Both the position numbers and the translations under genes were made by a program. Below the pieces are notes generated by a model. It made no database searches, was not told the origin of the DNA, and worked only from the letters and a program-made list of their open reading frames with translations. A stretch of 64,000 nucleotides of DNA from a bacterium (lineage in GTDB: Bacteria; UBA4055). The DNA lies in contig JAKQBN010000055.1 in the NCBI GenBank assembly GCA_029559475.1, forward strand, positions 92,031 to 156,030, written 5' to 3'. Every line of letters begins with the position of its first letter. The stretch's first letter is position 1. Positions 28,638-39,307 of the stretch are shown here, piece after piece.

Positions 28638-30986
28638 CTATTTAAGCTCGATAACGGTGACCCCGTAATCACCTTCGCCGTACTCGCCGAATTTCTTGCG
28701 CTTGATATACGGACATTTTTCAAGATAATCATTGATCAGCTTTGATAGGATCCCCTGCCCTTTACCGTGAACGATCTCGCAGTAATTCATATTATGGAGC
28801 ATCATATTCTCGATATGCTTTTCAACAAGCATGACAGCCTCGTCTCCCCTCTTTCCTCTAAGATCGAGCCTTAATGAAACAGCGTTATCTTCAGACGGAC
28901 TGAATTTTATATTGACGTTCACATCCTCTTTTCTTTCCAGAACGTCAATAATGTCTGCCAGCTTGATCTTCATCTTAATGCTGCCTACAGTTACTTCGGC
29001 GTTCTTGCCCGAAACGCTTTCCACTATGCCTGAAGTTGAAAATCCGCCGATCTTGACTTCCATACCGGGTTTAATTTCACCATTATAGGTTTCTTTTTTC
29101 TTTTCGGGTTCTCTGGCTATCACTTCGATCTTCTTTTTTTCAGTCTCGATAGAACTTTTGACTTCCTTAACAACGGCTTTATCGGCTTTCGACGACCTGA
29201 TCTCGGCGACCGCGCTCTCGATCGCTCTGTTCGAATTATCGATTATATCCTGAGCTTTACGTGCGGCTTCCTTCAATATCTTCTTTTCGTTTTTCGAGAT
29301 CTCCTCGTACTTCCTGTTGTACATCTCCTTAAGTTCGTTAAGCTGCTGATTGACGCTCTTCGACTGCCTGAGAAGGTTATTGTAGCTGGTGATCTTTTCG
29401 TCAAGCTCGGATATCAACCCTTCGAGATCCTCTTTTTCGTTCGATAGATGCTTCCTTGCATTATCTATAATATACTGCGGAAGCCCGTGCCGTTTAGCTA
29501 TCTCGAAAGCATAGCTCGAACCCGGAACGCCCGATCTGAATTTATAAGTAGGAGTTATATTCTGCTTGTCGAACTCCATTGAGCCGTTCTCTACGCCCGG
29601 AGTTTTATAAGCGTAAGATTTAAGTACTCCCTGATGCGTTGTAGCCAGAGTGATATACTTTCTTTTTGTCAGCTCGGAAAGTACAGCCATCGACAGACTC
29701 GAACCTTCTGCAGGATCTGTTGATGCTCCGATCTCATCGAAAAGCACGAGTGTGTTTTTGCTTTTCGCTTTGAGTACTTTGGATATCTTGCTTATATGCG
29801 AGCTGAATGTCGAAAGATCGTTCTCTATCGACTGACCGTCACCGATATCTGTGAATATTTCATTGAACACCGCGACATTGGAATTACTCTGCGCGGGTAT
29901 GTGCATTCCGGCCTTGATCATAAGGCAGATAAGCCCGACGGTCTTTAATGCGACCGTTTTTCCACCCGCGTTCGGTCCCGTAATCACAAGAGTATTATAC
30001 TTTTCCCCTATCTCGAGGTCCAGAGGCACAACACCTTTCTCTCCGTGCGTATCCAACAGCAGCGGATGCCTGCCGTAATATATGTTGACAATATTTTTGT
30101 CGTTCACTTTAGGATGATGGCAATGATAATGAATGCTGAATTTAGCCTTGGAGTAAATCACATCGATCTCCGCGGAAATCTCAAGGTCGGTTAAAAGTTC
30201 ATTCTTAATATTGAATACTTTCGTCGAAAGCGCTCTTATTATCCTTTCAATCTCCTTTCTTTCCTGCCTGATCAGCTTCTCAAGCTCCGAATTAATCTCA
30301 ATCGCCTCGTACGGCTCAATAAAAACCGTACTCCCAGTCGCACTTTCGTCAATAACAACACCTCTGACCTTATTTCTTTTATCGGCTCTGACAGGTATGA
30401 CGAACCTTCCGTCCCTGATCGTGATCTCGCCGTCCCTCGTATATCCCGCCTGAGAATAAGCGTCGAGCATTTCAGAAGTCTTTTTCCTGAGTTTGTTCTG
30501 CGCAGTCTGTATCGAACTTCTTACCGATCTGAGTTCTTTCGATGCTGTATCAAGAACATTGCCTTCTTCACCGACCGCTTTAAAAATATCCTCTTCCACA
30601 TCTTCGAAAACCTCTATATCGCCGCAGATTTCATAAAGGAAAGGATATCTCTCCTTTTTTTCATGAAGATGAGAGAAAAGCCTTCTGAATACGGACATTG
30701 ACTCGGCTATCCTGTAGAGATCGGCGGGATCCATAAGCTGTTCCGGAGCGCTCAGGTTCTCAAGCGCTTCTTCTATGTCCCTCACCCCGCGTAACGGAAG
30801 CTCCGACTCGCTTAGAAGTTTCTTCATCTCGGTGACGAGATCCAGTGAAGATAGTATCACAGGCATTTCTTCTGAAAGTTCGAGAGAATCTATATAACTT
30901 TTACCCTTTCCGGTTACGGCGAGATCAATAAGTTTTTCTCTGATTTTATTGAACCCTAATGTTCTTTCTGAATTTATTACGTTCAT
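28638..30986 (-). CDS. mutS2: endonuclease MutS2 (MutS domain + C-terminal Smr)
   Basis: 782 aa. Walker A GPNAGGKTV, long coiled-coil linker, and a C-terminal Smr domain (LDLRGKRGDEAV...HGKGQG). Confidence 0.9.
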   Translation of the reverse strand: MNVINSERTLGFNKIREKLIDLAVTGKGKSYIDSLELSEEMPVILSSLDLVTEMKKLLSESELPLRGVRDIEEALENLSAPEQLMDPADLYRIAESMSVFRRLFSHLHEKKERYPFLYEICGDIEVFEDVEEDIFKAVGEEGNVLDTASKELRSVRSSIQTAQNKLRKKTSEMLDAYSQAGYTRDGEITIRDGRFVIPVRADKRNKVRGVVIDESATGSTVFIEPYEAIEINSELEKLIRQERKEIERIIRALSTKVFNIKNELLTDLEISAEIDVIYSKAKFSIHYHCHHPKVNDKNIVNIYYGRHPLLLDTHGEKGVVPLDLEIGEKYNTLVITGPNAGGKTVALKTVGLICLMIKAGMHIPAQSNSNVAVFNEIFTDIGDGQSIENDLSTFSSHISKISKVLKAKSKNTLVLFDEIGASTDPAEGSSLSMAVLSELTKRKYITLATTHQGVLKSYAYKTPGVENGSMEFDKQNITPTYKFRSGVPGSSYAFEIAKRHGLPQYIIDNARKHLSNEKEDLEGLISELDEKITSYNNLLRQSKSVNQQLNELKEMYNRKYEEISKNEKKILKEAARKAQDIIDNSNRAIESAVAEIRSSKADKAVVKEVKSSIETEKKKIEVIAREPEKKKETYNGEIKPGMEVKIGGFSTSGIVESVSGKNAEVTVGSIKMKIKLADIIDVLERKEDVNVNIKFSPSEDNAVSLRLDLRGKRGDEAVMLVEKHIENMMLHNMNYCEIVHGKGQGILSKLINDYLEKCPYIKRKKFGEYGEGDYGVTVIELK

Positions 30987-31143
30987 TTTTTTCTTCTCTA
31001 TTTTAATGCTGAAATCTAAGTTTAAATGCGTGATTATGAAATGAAAAAATAATTTATTTTTCTTGATTTCGGGTTCGAAGGAATATAGATTTTAAAAGAT
31101 ATTATTAACTGACGCTTAATAAAATACAAAGGGAGGATGTTTT

Positions 31144-34100
31144 ATGAAGAGAATATTAATTTGGGCTCTGTCGGTTATGTTATTCATCCCGGCAGCTGCG
31201 TTTTCGCAGTTCGCGGGAGGAGACGGATCGTCAGGGAATCCGTATCAGGTTTCTACTGCTGCTGAACTCAATAACGTAAGAAATTATCTCACATCTTACT
31301 TTATCCAGACAGCCGACATTCAGCTTGGTGAATCACCCTGGAATCAGGGAGAGGGATGGAATCCTATAGGTACGAACTCTACGAGCTTTCAGGGTAACTA
31401 TAACGGAGGCAATTACAAGATCCTGAACCTGACTATAAACAGGGGTCTTACTAACTATGTCGGCATTTTCGGATACTGCAGCAGCGCAACTCTGCAGAAC
31501 ATAGTCATTCAGTCTCCGAACATCACAGCGTACACAGCCATCGGGCCACTAGTGGGATACGCTTTAAACAGCTACATTTCGAACTGCGCGGTCATAGGAG
31601 GCGGCAGTATATCCGGTGAAAATTACGTCGGAGGTTTAGCAGGATGGATCGTTGGATCTAACATCTATTCAAGCTATACATACATAAACGTATTCGGTTT
31701 TGAAAGGATAGGCGGGATGGTGGGAAGGTGCGATACTAATTCCAACATCGCGAACTCTTATTCCAGATCATATGTTTCGGCATCCAACGATTACGCCGGA
31801 GGTTTCGCGGGGTACTGCCTGCAGACAACTGTAGCGAACAGCTATTCCTCCGGTTATGTTGACTGCGTAGGGTCAGTCAAAGGCGGATTCATTGCGTATA
31901 ATACTGTTACTGCTAACATTACTGAATGCTATTGGGATACCGAAGCAAGCGGTCAGACTTCTTCTCCGGGCGGAGGTACAGGAAAAACAACAGCCGAAAT
32001 GAAATCTCAGACAACTTTCTCAGCATGGGATTTTTCAACACCGGTATGGAAAATATATTCGTCCGTAAACGACGGATATCCTTATCTTGCATGGGGTGAC
32101 TGGCCCGGCATACTAACTACTATCGCCAGCCCGTCTGAGGGAGGTTCTGTTACCACCGGAGGAGCTTATGAAGAGGGGACGCCGGTATGGCTAGAAGCTT
32201 CACCGACAGCTCCCTATTATCAGTTCAAAAACTGGACGGATAATACATCGGCCGTCATTTCGACCGATCCGAACTTCGTATATTATATGCCGGAAGGAGA
32301 TATGACCCTGACGGCGAAATTCGAAAAATATTTTTCTGAAGTCAGCGCCGGATTTAGAGATGTTGCGGAAAGCACAACAAGCTGGTGCGATTATGATAAC
32401 GACGGCGATCTTGATGTTCTTGTTGTCGGCTGGAACGGCGCATCAAGCAAAGTTGCAGAAAGAGTTGCAAAAATTTACAGAAACGACGGCGGTGAAGTTT
32501 TTACAGATATAAATGCCGGTCTGATTCCGGTTAGATATTCATCTTGTGCCTGGGGTGATTATGATAACGACGGTCTTCTCGATCTGGTAGTTTCCGGTTG
32601 GGAGAGTTCGTTAGTAAGTACAAGAATTTATAAAAACTACGGTAGTGATCAATTCTATGATGTTGGTGCCGGATTACCCGGGATCAATTCAGGTTCTGTC
32701 GCATGGTCGGATTACGATAATGACGGCGATCTCGATCTCACTCTAAGCGGATGGTGCCCTTCGCAGGGACATAATATTACGAACATTTATAAAAACACGA
32801 ACGGCAGCTTTACCGATATAAGCGCAGGTTTAACAGGGTTGCAGTACAGCTCGATAGCATGGGCGGATTACGACAATGACGGCGATCCTGATCTGCTGAC
32901 AACAGGATTAACTGACGGTTCGACGACACTGACCGTTCTCTACAATAACAATAACGGTATTTTTACAGATGCCGGAATAGGCCTTCATAATCTTCATAAC
33001 GGATCAGTTGCGTGGGGTGATTATGATAACGATGGCGATCCTGATATACTTCTGACGGGCCAGGAAACAGGTGGAAAACAATATACTGAGATATACAGGA
33101 ACGATTTAACAGGTTTTACAGATATAGACGCCGCTACCGATTATGCGTCATGGAGTTCTGCAGCATGGTGCGATATCGATAACGACGGAATACTTGATAT
33201 CATTGTTACCGGAAAAAATCCTGATGAAATTAAAATAGCGAAAGTTTATAACATTTTCAGTGATACAGTTTATGAAAAAACAAATATCGCATTCGAAGGA
33301 GTACACTGGGGATCTATTGGATGCGGTGATTATGACAATGACGGGGACTCAGATATTATTATTTCGGGGTACGACAGCATAGAACATGCTGTAACAAAAC
33401 TTTACAGAAATAACCACCACCCGGTTAATACTCCGCCTTCAGCTCCTGCCAATCTTGCTTGGACGCTGTTCGACAATGATGTTACTTTATCATGGGACAG
33501 GTCGACAGACAGCCAGACTTATGATATGGGTCTGACATACAACATCTATGTCGGTTCATCGCCTGCGAACGGAAATACGAAAAGCTCAATGAGCGATAAT
33601 TCTACCGGTTTCAGAAAAGTAGTGCAGCTCGGAAATGCGGGTCAGCTTAACTCTTATACAATTAAGGACCTTCCGCTGGGAACATACTACTGGAGCGTCC
33701 AGGCGATTGATCCGTCCTATAAAGGCTCTCTTTTTGCGACCGAAGGTACATTTGTCGTAAGTTCATTCACCGAAATGACGACATCGCTCCCCGGTCTCGG
33801 GAATAGTTATAATTCATGGGGAGACTACGATAACGACGGCGATCTTGACGTTATTGTTTCCGGAACGACCGGAACAGCCAGACTTACTGAAATATTCAGG
33901 AATGACGGCGGAGGAACTTTTACCGATATCGACGCCGGTATTGTGAATGTATGGTACAGCGCTTCAGCCTGGGGCGATTATGATAACGACGGAGATCTAG
34001 ACCTCGTAATTTCCGGACACACAGGCTCGGTAAGAACTGCTAATATCTACATGAATGATTCAGGCGTATTTACCGATATCGGCGCAGGACTTCCCGGAGT

Positions 34101-37100
34101 AAATGCCGGATCTTTAGCATGGGGCGACTATGATAACGACGGCGACCTTGATCTTCTGCTGACAGGTTATAACGGTACTTCCGCTATTTCAGCATTGTAC
34201 AGAAACGATTCGGGAGTTTTTACCGATACCTCAGCCGGTATAACAGGCGTCTATAAATCTTCAGGATCATGGGCGGATTACGATAACGACGGCGATCTCG
34301 ATATTCTGATCACAGGACTTGTTACAGGTGTGACAAGAGTAGCAAAAATTTACAGAAATGATTACGGTTATTTCTTTGAGATTTCAGCGGGGTTAACTGG
34401 AGTCCAGGACGGAACTTCGGCTTGGGGCGACTTTGATAACGACGGCGATCAGGATATACTTATGACCGGAAACGGTATTGCTAAGATATACCATAACAAC
34501 GGTTTCGACAATTTCTCAGAATGGGATGCCGGATTTACCGGCGTAAATTTTTCTTCAGCTGCATGGGGAGATTACGATAGCGACGGTGATCTCGATGCAA
34601 TTATATCCGGTTTAGCAGGCTCAGAGAAAACTGTAAAAATATACCGTAACGAAGGCTGGGGTTTTACGGATATCGGTGCCGGCCTACAGGGTATTCAGGA
34701 CGGATCAGTTACATGGGCTGATTACGACAATGATAATGATCTTGATGTCTTTTACACCGGAACTGCGGGAACTACAAAAACATCGAAACTTTACAGGAAC
34801 AATGCTGTTATAAAAAATACAACACCTTCAGATCCTGTAAATCTTTCTTCGGTAGTTCATACGGACGGATCGGTTACTTTCTCGTGGGATAGAGCGTCTG
34901 ACAATGAAACACCTCAGTACGGACTTTCCTATAACCTTTACATTTCTTCAACGAGCATGGGCCTGGATCAGATGACACCTATGAGCGACCTGACTAACGG
35001 ATACAGAAGAATTGTAAACACAGGAAATATGTGCCAGGCAACTTCTTGGACGATCAAAGACCTGCCGACCGGACATTTCTACTGGAGCGTACAGGCTGTT
35101 GACCATAACTTCGCCGGCTCAAATTTCTCCGGAGAACAGGAGTACAGCTCATTTACTAATATTAATGCCGGATTAGAAGGCATACATATCGGAGACGGCG
35201 ACTGGGGTGACTTCGACAACGACGGTGATCTCGATATTCTTTTGACAGGGTACGAGAGTTCATACGGTCCGTTCGCAGCGGTTTATCGTAATAATATTGG
35301 AACAAAGATGTCCGAGTTTTCAAACATATCAGCGGCATTAGAAGGAGTTTACGAAAGTGCTTCCGAATGGGCAGATTATGATAACGACGGAGACCTCGAT
35401 ATAGCTTTGTGCGGATATTCATACACCTACGGTTACACAACAAGGATCTACCGTAACGATTCCGGTGTATTTACTGATATAAATGCTCCGCTTCAGGGTG
35501 TCCAAGATGGTTCTCTTAATTGGGGCGACTACGATAATGACGGTGACCTGGATCTTCTTTTGACTGGACATAACGGTAGTTATTATGTGTCTAAGGTTTA
35601 TCGCAATGATTCAGGTACTTTTAGTGACATCTCAGCTCCGTTAGAAGGTGTTTACAACGGATCTGCGGAATGGGGCGATTATGATAATGACGGTGATCTC
35701 GACATTGTATTATGCGGATATAACGGGTCATACACTATTTCCAAAATATACCGTAATGACTCTGGATCGTTTACAGATATTTCAGCCCAGATTATAGATG
35801 CATATTACGGCTCGATTGACTGGGGAGATTATGACAACGACGGCGACCTCGATATTCTTTTAAGCGGATATTCATACACCTCTGGCATCATAACAAAAAT
35901 CTACCGTAACGATTCTGGAACTTTTACAGATATAAACGCAGCTCTTGCCGTTGTACATGCCGGATCGGCTTACTGGGGCGATTATGATAATGACGGGGAT
36001 CTTGATATCGCTTTAACCGGTCATAACGGATACGGGGGAACTTCAAAAATATACCGTAATGATAATGGTATCTTCACAGATACGAATGCTCCTATTATGA
36101 GCCTTTACTGGAGTGATTTGTCATGGGGTGACTATAACAATGACGGAGCACTTGACCTGCTTTTATGCGGTTATAACGATTACGACGGTTCATATTATTC
36201 CATAGTTTATGAGAACAATTCTATCATTACTAATCCGGTCGTCAGCGCTCCGGCCGATCTTGTTATTTCAGGCAAACTGAACGATGCCGTATTCAGTTTT
36301 ACTCCGCCTGCAACGAAATCTCCTGCAGAAAGCTATACATACAATATGGATATTTCTATCGCTGGAATCAATGTTAAAACCTCTATGGCAGACATCACTA
36401 CCGGGCAAAGAAAAGTCGCTGAGATCGGCAACCTGAATTTTGGTAATTCTGATTTTAAAAAAGGTCCGGTAGCATCTTCCTGGAATCTTCTGAAGAATAT
36501 GCCTAACACAATACTGCCGCAGGAAGTTCTTCTTGTAGAAGCTGCTGTACAGTCAGTAGATCATTCTTATACAGGATCAGCTTTCACTTTTGCATTTGAA
36601 CATCTTCCGAATAGAGATCTTAAGACTCTGCCGAAAGAAGTAATGGTCCGCACAGATGAACTGCTCTGGGAATTATTCTGGTCGGACTCTCTGCAAAGCT
36701 ATACTCTTCAAATGGATGAAGATCCTCTCTTTAACAGCCCGTTCGAAGAAACGCAGTATCTTGTCAAAAATGATCCTAAGATTATCTATGTAGCTGTTGA
36801 ACTCCAGGATCTTTCTTTCTTCAGCAGCATGACCGACAACACGACCTATTACTGGAGAGTAAGACCGAATCATGTTAACCACAGTAAAGAGACCGTTTTC
36901 AATTCAGCTCCGGATTCTTTCATATATAATCCGGTTCTTTCTGCTCCTCTGAATGTAGCTGTCGCAAGCATTGACGGCAACAGCGTCGTTCTTACCTGGG
37001 ATCCTGTACCGCTTCCGAATGTTGAATACAGCGTTTACAGTGCGAACATGCCTTATGCGGTTTTCCCGGCAGAATGGACGCTCGAAGCCTCTAAACTCGG

Positions 37101-37212
37101 AAATACGACTTGTACGGTTAATTCGGGCGGTGCTGCAATGAAATTCTTCATCGTTACTGCTACAGATGGAATGAAGTCAGTAACTATTAAGAAAATTTCA
37201 GAAAGAAAATAG
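31144..37212 (+). CDS. giant secreted repeat protein (2022 aa): signal peptide, GLUG-motif region, 3 x 7 FG-GAP repeats separated by FN3 domains, C-terminal FN3-like modules
   Basis: Signal peptide MKRILIWALSVMLFIPAAAFSQ. GLUG-like repeats (YVGGLAGW, IGGMVGR, YAGGFAGY, VKGGFIAY). 21 FG-GAP units with consensus (A/S)WGDYDNDGDLD in three groups of seven. FN3-like segments (PPSAPANLAW...YYWSVQAIDPSY; PSDPVNLSS...FYWSVQAVDHNF). Confidence 0.8.
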   Translation: MKRILIWALSVMLFIPAAAFSQFAGGDGSSGNPYQVSTAAELNNVRNYLTSYFIQTADIQLGESPWNQGEGWNPIGTNSTSFQGNYNGGNYKILNLTINRGLTNYVGIFGYCSSATLQNIVIQSPNITAYTAIGPLVGYALNSYISNCAVIGGGSISGENYVGGLAGWIVGSNIYSSYTYINVFGFERIGGMVGRCDTNSNIANSYSRSYVSASNDYAGGFAGYCLQTTVANSYSSGYVDCVGSVKGGFIAYNTVTANITECYWDTEASGQTSSPGGGTGKTTAEMKSQTTFSAWDFSTPVWKIYSSVNDGYPYLAWGDWPGILTTIASPSEGGSVTTGGAYEEGTPVWLEASPTAPYYQFKNWTDNTSAVISTDPNFVYYMPEGDMTLTAKFEKYFSEVSAGFRDVAESTTSWCDYDNDGDLDVLVVGWNGASSKVAERVAKIYRNDGGEVFTDINAGLIPVRYSSCAWGDYDNDGLLDLVVSGWESSLVSTRIYKNYGSDQFYDVGAGLPGINSGSVAWSDYDNDGDLDLTLSGWCPSQGHNITNIYKNTNGSFTDISAGLTGLQYSSIAWADYDNDGDPDLLTTGLTDGSTTLTVLYNNNNGIFTDAGIGLHNLHNGSVAWGDYDNDGDPDILLTGQETGGKQYTEIYRNDLTGFTDIDAATDYASWSSAAWCDIDNDGILDIIVTGKNPDEIKIAKVYNIFSDTVYEKTNIAFEGVHWGSIGCGDYDNDGDSDIIISGYDSIEHAVTKLYRNNHHPVNTPPSAPANLAWTLFDNDVTLSWDRSTDSQTYDMGLTYNIYVGSSPANGNTKSSMSDNSTGFRKVVQLGNAGQLNSYTIKDLPLGTYYWSVQAIDPSYKGSLFATEGTFVVSSFTEMTTSLPGLGNSYNSWGDYDNDGDLDVIVSGTTGTARLTEIFRNDGGGTFTDIDAGIVNVWYSASAWGDYDNDGDLDLVISGHTGSVRTANIYMNDSGVFTDIGAGLPGVNAGSLAWGDYDNDGDLDLLLTGYNGTSAISALYRNDSGVFTDTSAGITGVYKSSGSWADYDNDGDLDILITGLVTGVTRVAKIYRNDYGYFFEISAGLTGVQDGTSAWGDFDNDGDQDILMTGNGIAKIYHNNGFDNFSEWDAGFTGVNFSSAAWGDYDSDGDLDAIISGLAGSEKTVKIYRNEGWGFTDIGAGLQGIQDGSVTWADYDNDNDLDVFYTGTAGTTKTSKLYRNNAVIKNTTPSDPVNLSSVVHTDGSVTFSWDRASDNETPQYGLSYNLYISSTSMGLDQMTPMSDLTNGYRRIVNTGNMCQATSWTIKDLPTGHFYWSVQAVDHNFAGSNFSGEQEYSSFTNINAGLEGIHIGDGDWGDFDNDGDLDILLTGYESSYGPFAAVYRNNIGTKMSEFSNISAALEGVYESASEWADYDNDGDLDIALCGYSYTYGYTTRIYRNDSGVFTDINAPLQGVQDGSLNWGDYDNDGDLDLLLTGHNGSYYVSKVYRNDSGTFSDISAPLEGVYNGSAEWGDYDNDGDLDIVLCGYNGSYTISKIYRNDSGSFTDISAQIIDAYYGSIDWGDYDNDGDLDILLSGYSYTSGIITKIYRNDSGTFTDINAALAVVHAGSAYWGDYDNDGDLDIALTGHNGYGGTSKIYRNDNGIFTDTNAPIMSLYWSDLSWGDYNNDGALDLLLCGYNDYDGSYYSIVYENNSIITNPVVSAPADLVISGKLNDAVFSFTPPATKSPAESYTYNMDISIAGINVKTSMADITTGQRKVAEIGNLNFGNSDFKKGPVASSWNLLKNMPNTILPQEVLLVEAAVQSVDHSYTGSAFTFAFEHLPNRDLKTLPKEVMVRTDELLWELFWSDSLQSYTLQMDEDPLFNSPFEETQYLVKNDPKIIYVAVELQDLSFFSSMTDNTTYYWRVRPNHVNHSKETVFNSAPDSFIYNPVLSAPLNVAVASIDGNSVVLTWDPVPLPNVEYSVYSANMPYAVFPAEWTLEASKLGNTTCTVNSGGAAMKFFIVTATDGMKSVTIKKISERK
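32340..36230 (+). repeat. tandem FG-GAP coding repeats (DNA-level near-repeats gattatgataacgacggcgatcttgat recurring ~21 times)
   Basis: Recurring 27-nt core encoding DYDNDGDLD, with ~150-200-nt periodicity inside the giant gene. Confidence 0.8.
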
Positions 37213-37229
37213 AACAGGTATCTTAAATG

Positions 37230-37264
37230 AAAAGGGCGGTTGAAAATTACCGCCCTTTTTTTAT
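37230..37264. terminator. bidirectional rho-independent terminator between convergent genes
   Basis: aaaagggcggt-tgaaaatt-accgccctttttttt: a GC-rich 7-bp stem flanked by A- and T-tracts. It overlaps the stop of the minus-strand ChaN-like gene. Confidence 0.7.
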
Positions 37265-38142
37265 TTATAGCTTTTAGGAGAGTTCTTCGGTATAACGATA
37301 AGATAATCGGCTTTCCCTTTGAACCCGGGTTCAGGTTTTGAAGGATCTTCAGCTTCCACTAAAGCGATATTGACTATCTTCAGATCTTTTCTTTCATAAT
37401 TCAAATAAAGTATGATGCCTTCTTTGTTGTATGAATGATAGCTGCCGTTGAAATGAAAGAAAACATCTCCCTTTTTATAATTATTTAATATGAACTGAGC
37501 CATGGTCGCGTCCTTTATCGCCTGTGCCTTCGCGAGATTTACAGGGTCGGTCTGCAACTTATGTCCCATTTTCCCCATTTCGCTCATCCCCTTTATCATA
37601 GTCTGATAACAGACAGCTTCGGGGTCGAATTTGACGGGGAGTTTCGCAATATATGACTTTGCCAGGGCTGATAATTTGTCGAGAGCCTGAAAACCACCGT
37701 AATTAACCATGCTCGCATACCTTCTGGGAATATTTGTCGCGATAAATTTCAGCTTCTTCTCTTTGGCATACTGTAGTATAGGTTTATAGTCCGTTTTATA
37801 ATTCGGCCATAGTCTTGCGTCAGCTTCGAATTTGCTGTCGTCAAAGTATCCAGCCAGGTATTCGTCAATTATCAGCTGATTATCCGTTTCGAACATCTCT
37901 GCGCCAATTTTTAGATTATCCCCTTTTGCCGCAAAAAGATCCTTTGCTATCTGAAGCTCAAGTTCGTGAGCAACGATGCTGTTGTGCGTTTCACCGAAGA
38001 ACACCATATCCGACCCGGAAGCCTTTTTAATTATATCGGCATATCCGGCAGCTTTTAGCGAAGAGTTGTAAATTTTATAGCCGTTCTGAGCGTTCATAAT
38101 TGTACTCCAGATAAAAATTGCGCTTAATAAAATTTGTTTCAT
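37261..38142 (-). CDS. ChaN-family (Tiki/TraB/GumN superfamily) putative heme-binding exported protein
   Basis: 293 aa. Signal peptide MKQILLSAIFIWSTIMNAQ. Conserved FFGETHNS (GxxH Tiki-like) motif, helical middle, C-terminal beta-region. Confidence 0.5.
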   Translation of the reverse strand: MKQILLSAIFIWSTIMNAQNGYKIYNSSLKAAGYADIIKKASGSDMVFFGETHNSIVAHELELQIAKDLFAAKGDNLKIGAEMFETDNQLIIDEYLAGYFDDSKFEADARLWPNYKTDYKPILQYAKEKKLKFIATNIPRRYASMVNYGGFQALDKLSALAKSYIAKLPVKFDPEAVCYQTMIKGMSEMGKMGHKLQTDPVNLAKAQAIKDATMAQFILNNYKKGDVFFHFNGSYHSYNKEGIILYLNYERKDLKIVNIALVEAEDPSKPEPGFKGKADYLIVIPKNSPKSYK

Positions 38143-38154
38143 TTATACCCCGTT

Positions 38155-39306
38155 TTATTTCCCGTCAATATAGATTCTCGGAACTCTGGAAGAAATCATA
38201 GTCAGAATTTCATAGGGTATCGTGCCTATCTTCGCGCAGAGGTCTTCAAGTCTTATCTCATCTTTGCCGTTCCGCCCGAAAAGCAGCACATCATCCCCGT
38301 TATAAGCCTCGCCGTCATGACCGATATCCGCCATAGTCTGATCCATACAGACATTGCCGGCTACTGTATACTTTCTGCCACGGATGATTACCTCTCCCCT
38401 GTTCGATAAAAGCCTGTTGTAACCGTCGCCGTAGCCGACAGGAAGCGTAACGATCCTCGTCTGGTTTTCGCTGACATAAGTGTGATTATAGCTGACACCT
38501 GTTCCGGGTGGTATAACCTTGAAATAAGATACTTTCGTTAAAAGCGTCATGACCGGCTTTAATTCTCCGGTAAAACCGTCCGGTAATTTTGAGTATCCGT
38601 ATAGCATAATCCCCGGCCTTACCATATTGAAGTGAGATTCCGGATAATTTATTATGCCCGCTGAATTCGCGCAGTGGATGTGTTTTGCGTCAAAACCTTT
38701 ATTAGCCATATATTCGAGTATCGAATCGAATCGTTTTGTCTGGGATCCGGTAAATTCCTTATCGCTTTCTTTTTTACCGTCAGATTTCGCGAAGTGAGTG
38801 AATATTCCTTCGACCTTAATGTTCGGCGCGTTGAAGGTTTCGTCAATGAACTTTTCGGCATTATACCAGTGAACTCCAAGCCTTTCCATTCCCGTGTCGA
38901 TCTTAATATGCACTTTCGCTGCTTTCTTCAGCCTCTGAGCTGTTTTACTTATCGCATAAGTTTTATCAAGTGATGAAGTCGTTATATCAATGTCATACTT
39001 AATAAAATCCGGTGTCTGTTCGACGTTGATTCCTCCCATGACGAGTATCGGTGTTTTGATCCCGCTTTTACGTAAATAAATCCCTTCTTCGAGAAAAGCC
39101 ACACCGAAATAATTGACTCCAAGCTTTAACAGCCTGTTCGCGACCTCGAGCATCCCGTGCCCGTAAGCATTGGCCTTGATGATGCCCATAACTTTCACGT
39201 CAGAATTTATAAAAGACCTCATTATGCCGAAATTGTGCCTGAGATTATCAAGGTTTATAATAGCTCTGGTCGGCCTGTTTTTGTATGCTTGTATTTCCTT
39301 TAACAT
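38155..39306 (-). CDS. alr: alanine racemase
   Basis: PLP-lysine motif GIIKANAYGHG near the N-terminus. ~380 aa. C-terminal beta-domain with the conserved Y (MDQTMADIG region). Confidence 0.9.
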   Translation of the reverse strand: MLKEIQAYKNRPTRAIINLDNLRHNFGIMRSFINSDVKVMGIIKANAYGHGMLEVANRLLKLGVNYFGVAFLEEGIYLRKSGIKTPILVMGGINVEQTPDFIKYDIDITTSSLDKTYAISKTAQRLKKAAKVHIKIDTGMERLGVHWYNAEKFIDETFNAPNIKVEGIFTHFAKSDGKKESDKEFTGSQTKRFDSILEYMANKGFDAKHIHCANSAGIINYPESHFNMVRPGIMLYGYSKLPDGFTGELKPVMTLLTKVSYFKVIPPGTGVSYNHTYVSENQTRIVTLPVGYGDGYNRLLSNRGEVIIRGRKYTVAGNVCMDQTMADIGHDGEAYNGDDVLLFGRNGKDEIRLEDLCAKIGTIPYEILTMISSRVPRIYIDGK

Positions 39307-39307
39307 T

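Noticed and set aside
32340-36230. Regularly spaced short DNA repeats that could superficially resemble a repeat-spacer array
   Set aside because: They lie in-frame inside a 6-kb ORF and encode FG-GAP DYDNDGDLD motifs. The spacing and intervening sequences are protein-coding, so this is not a CRISPR array.
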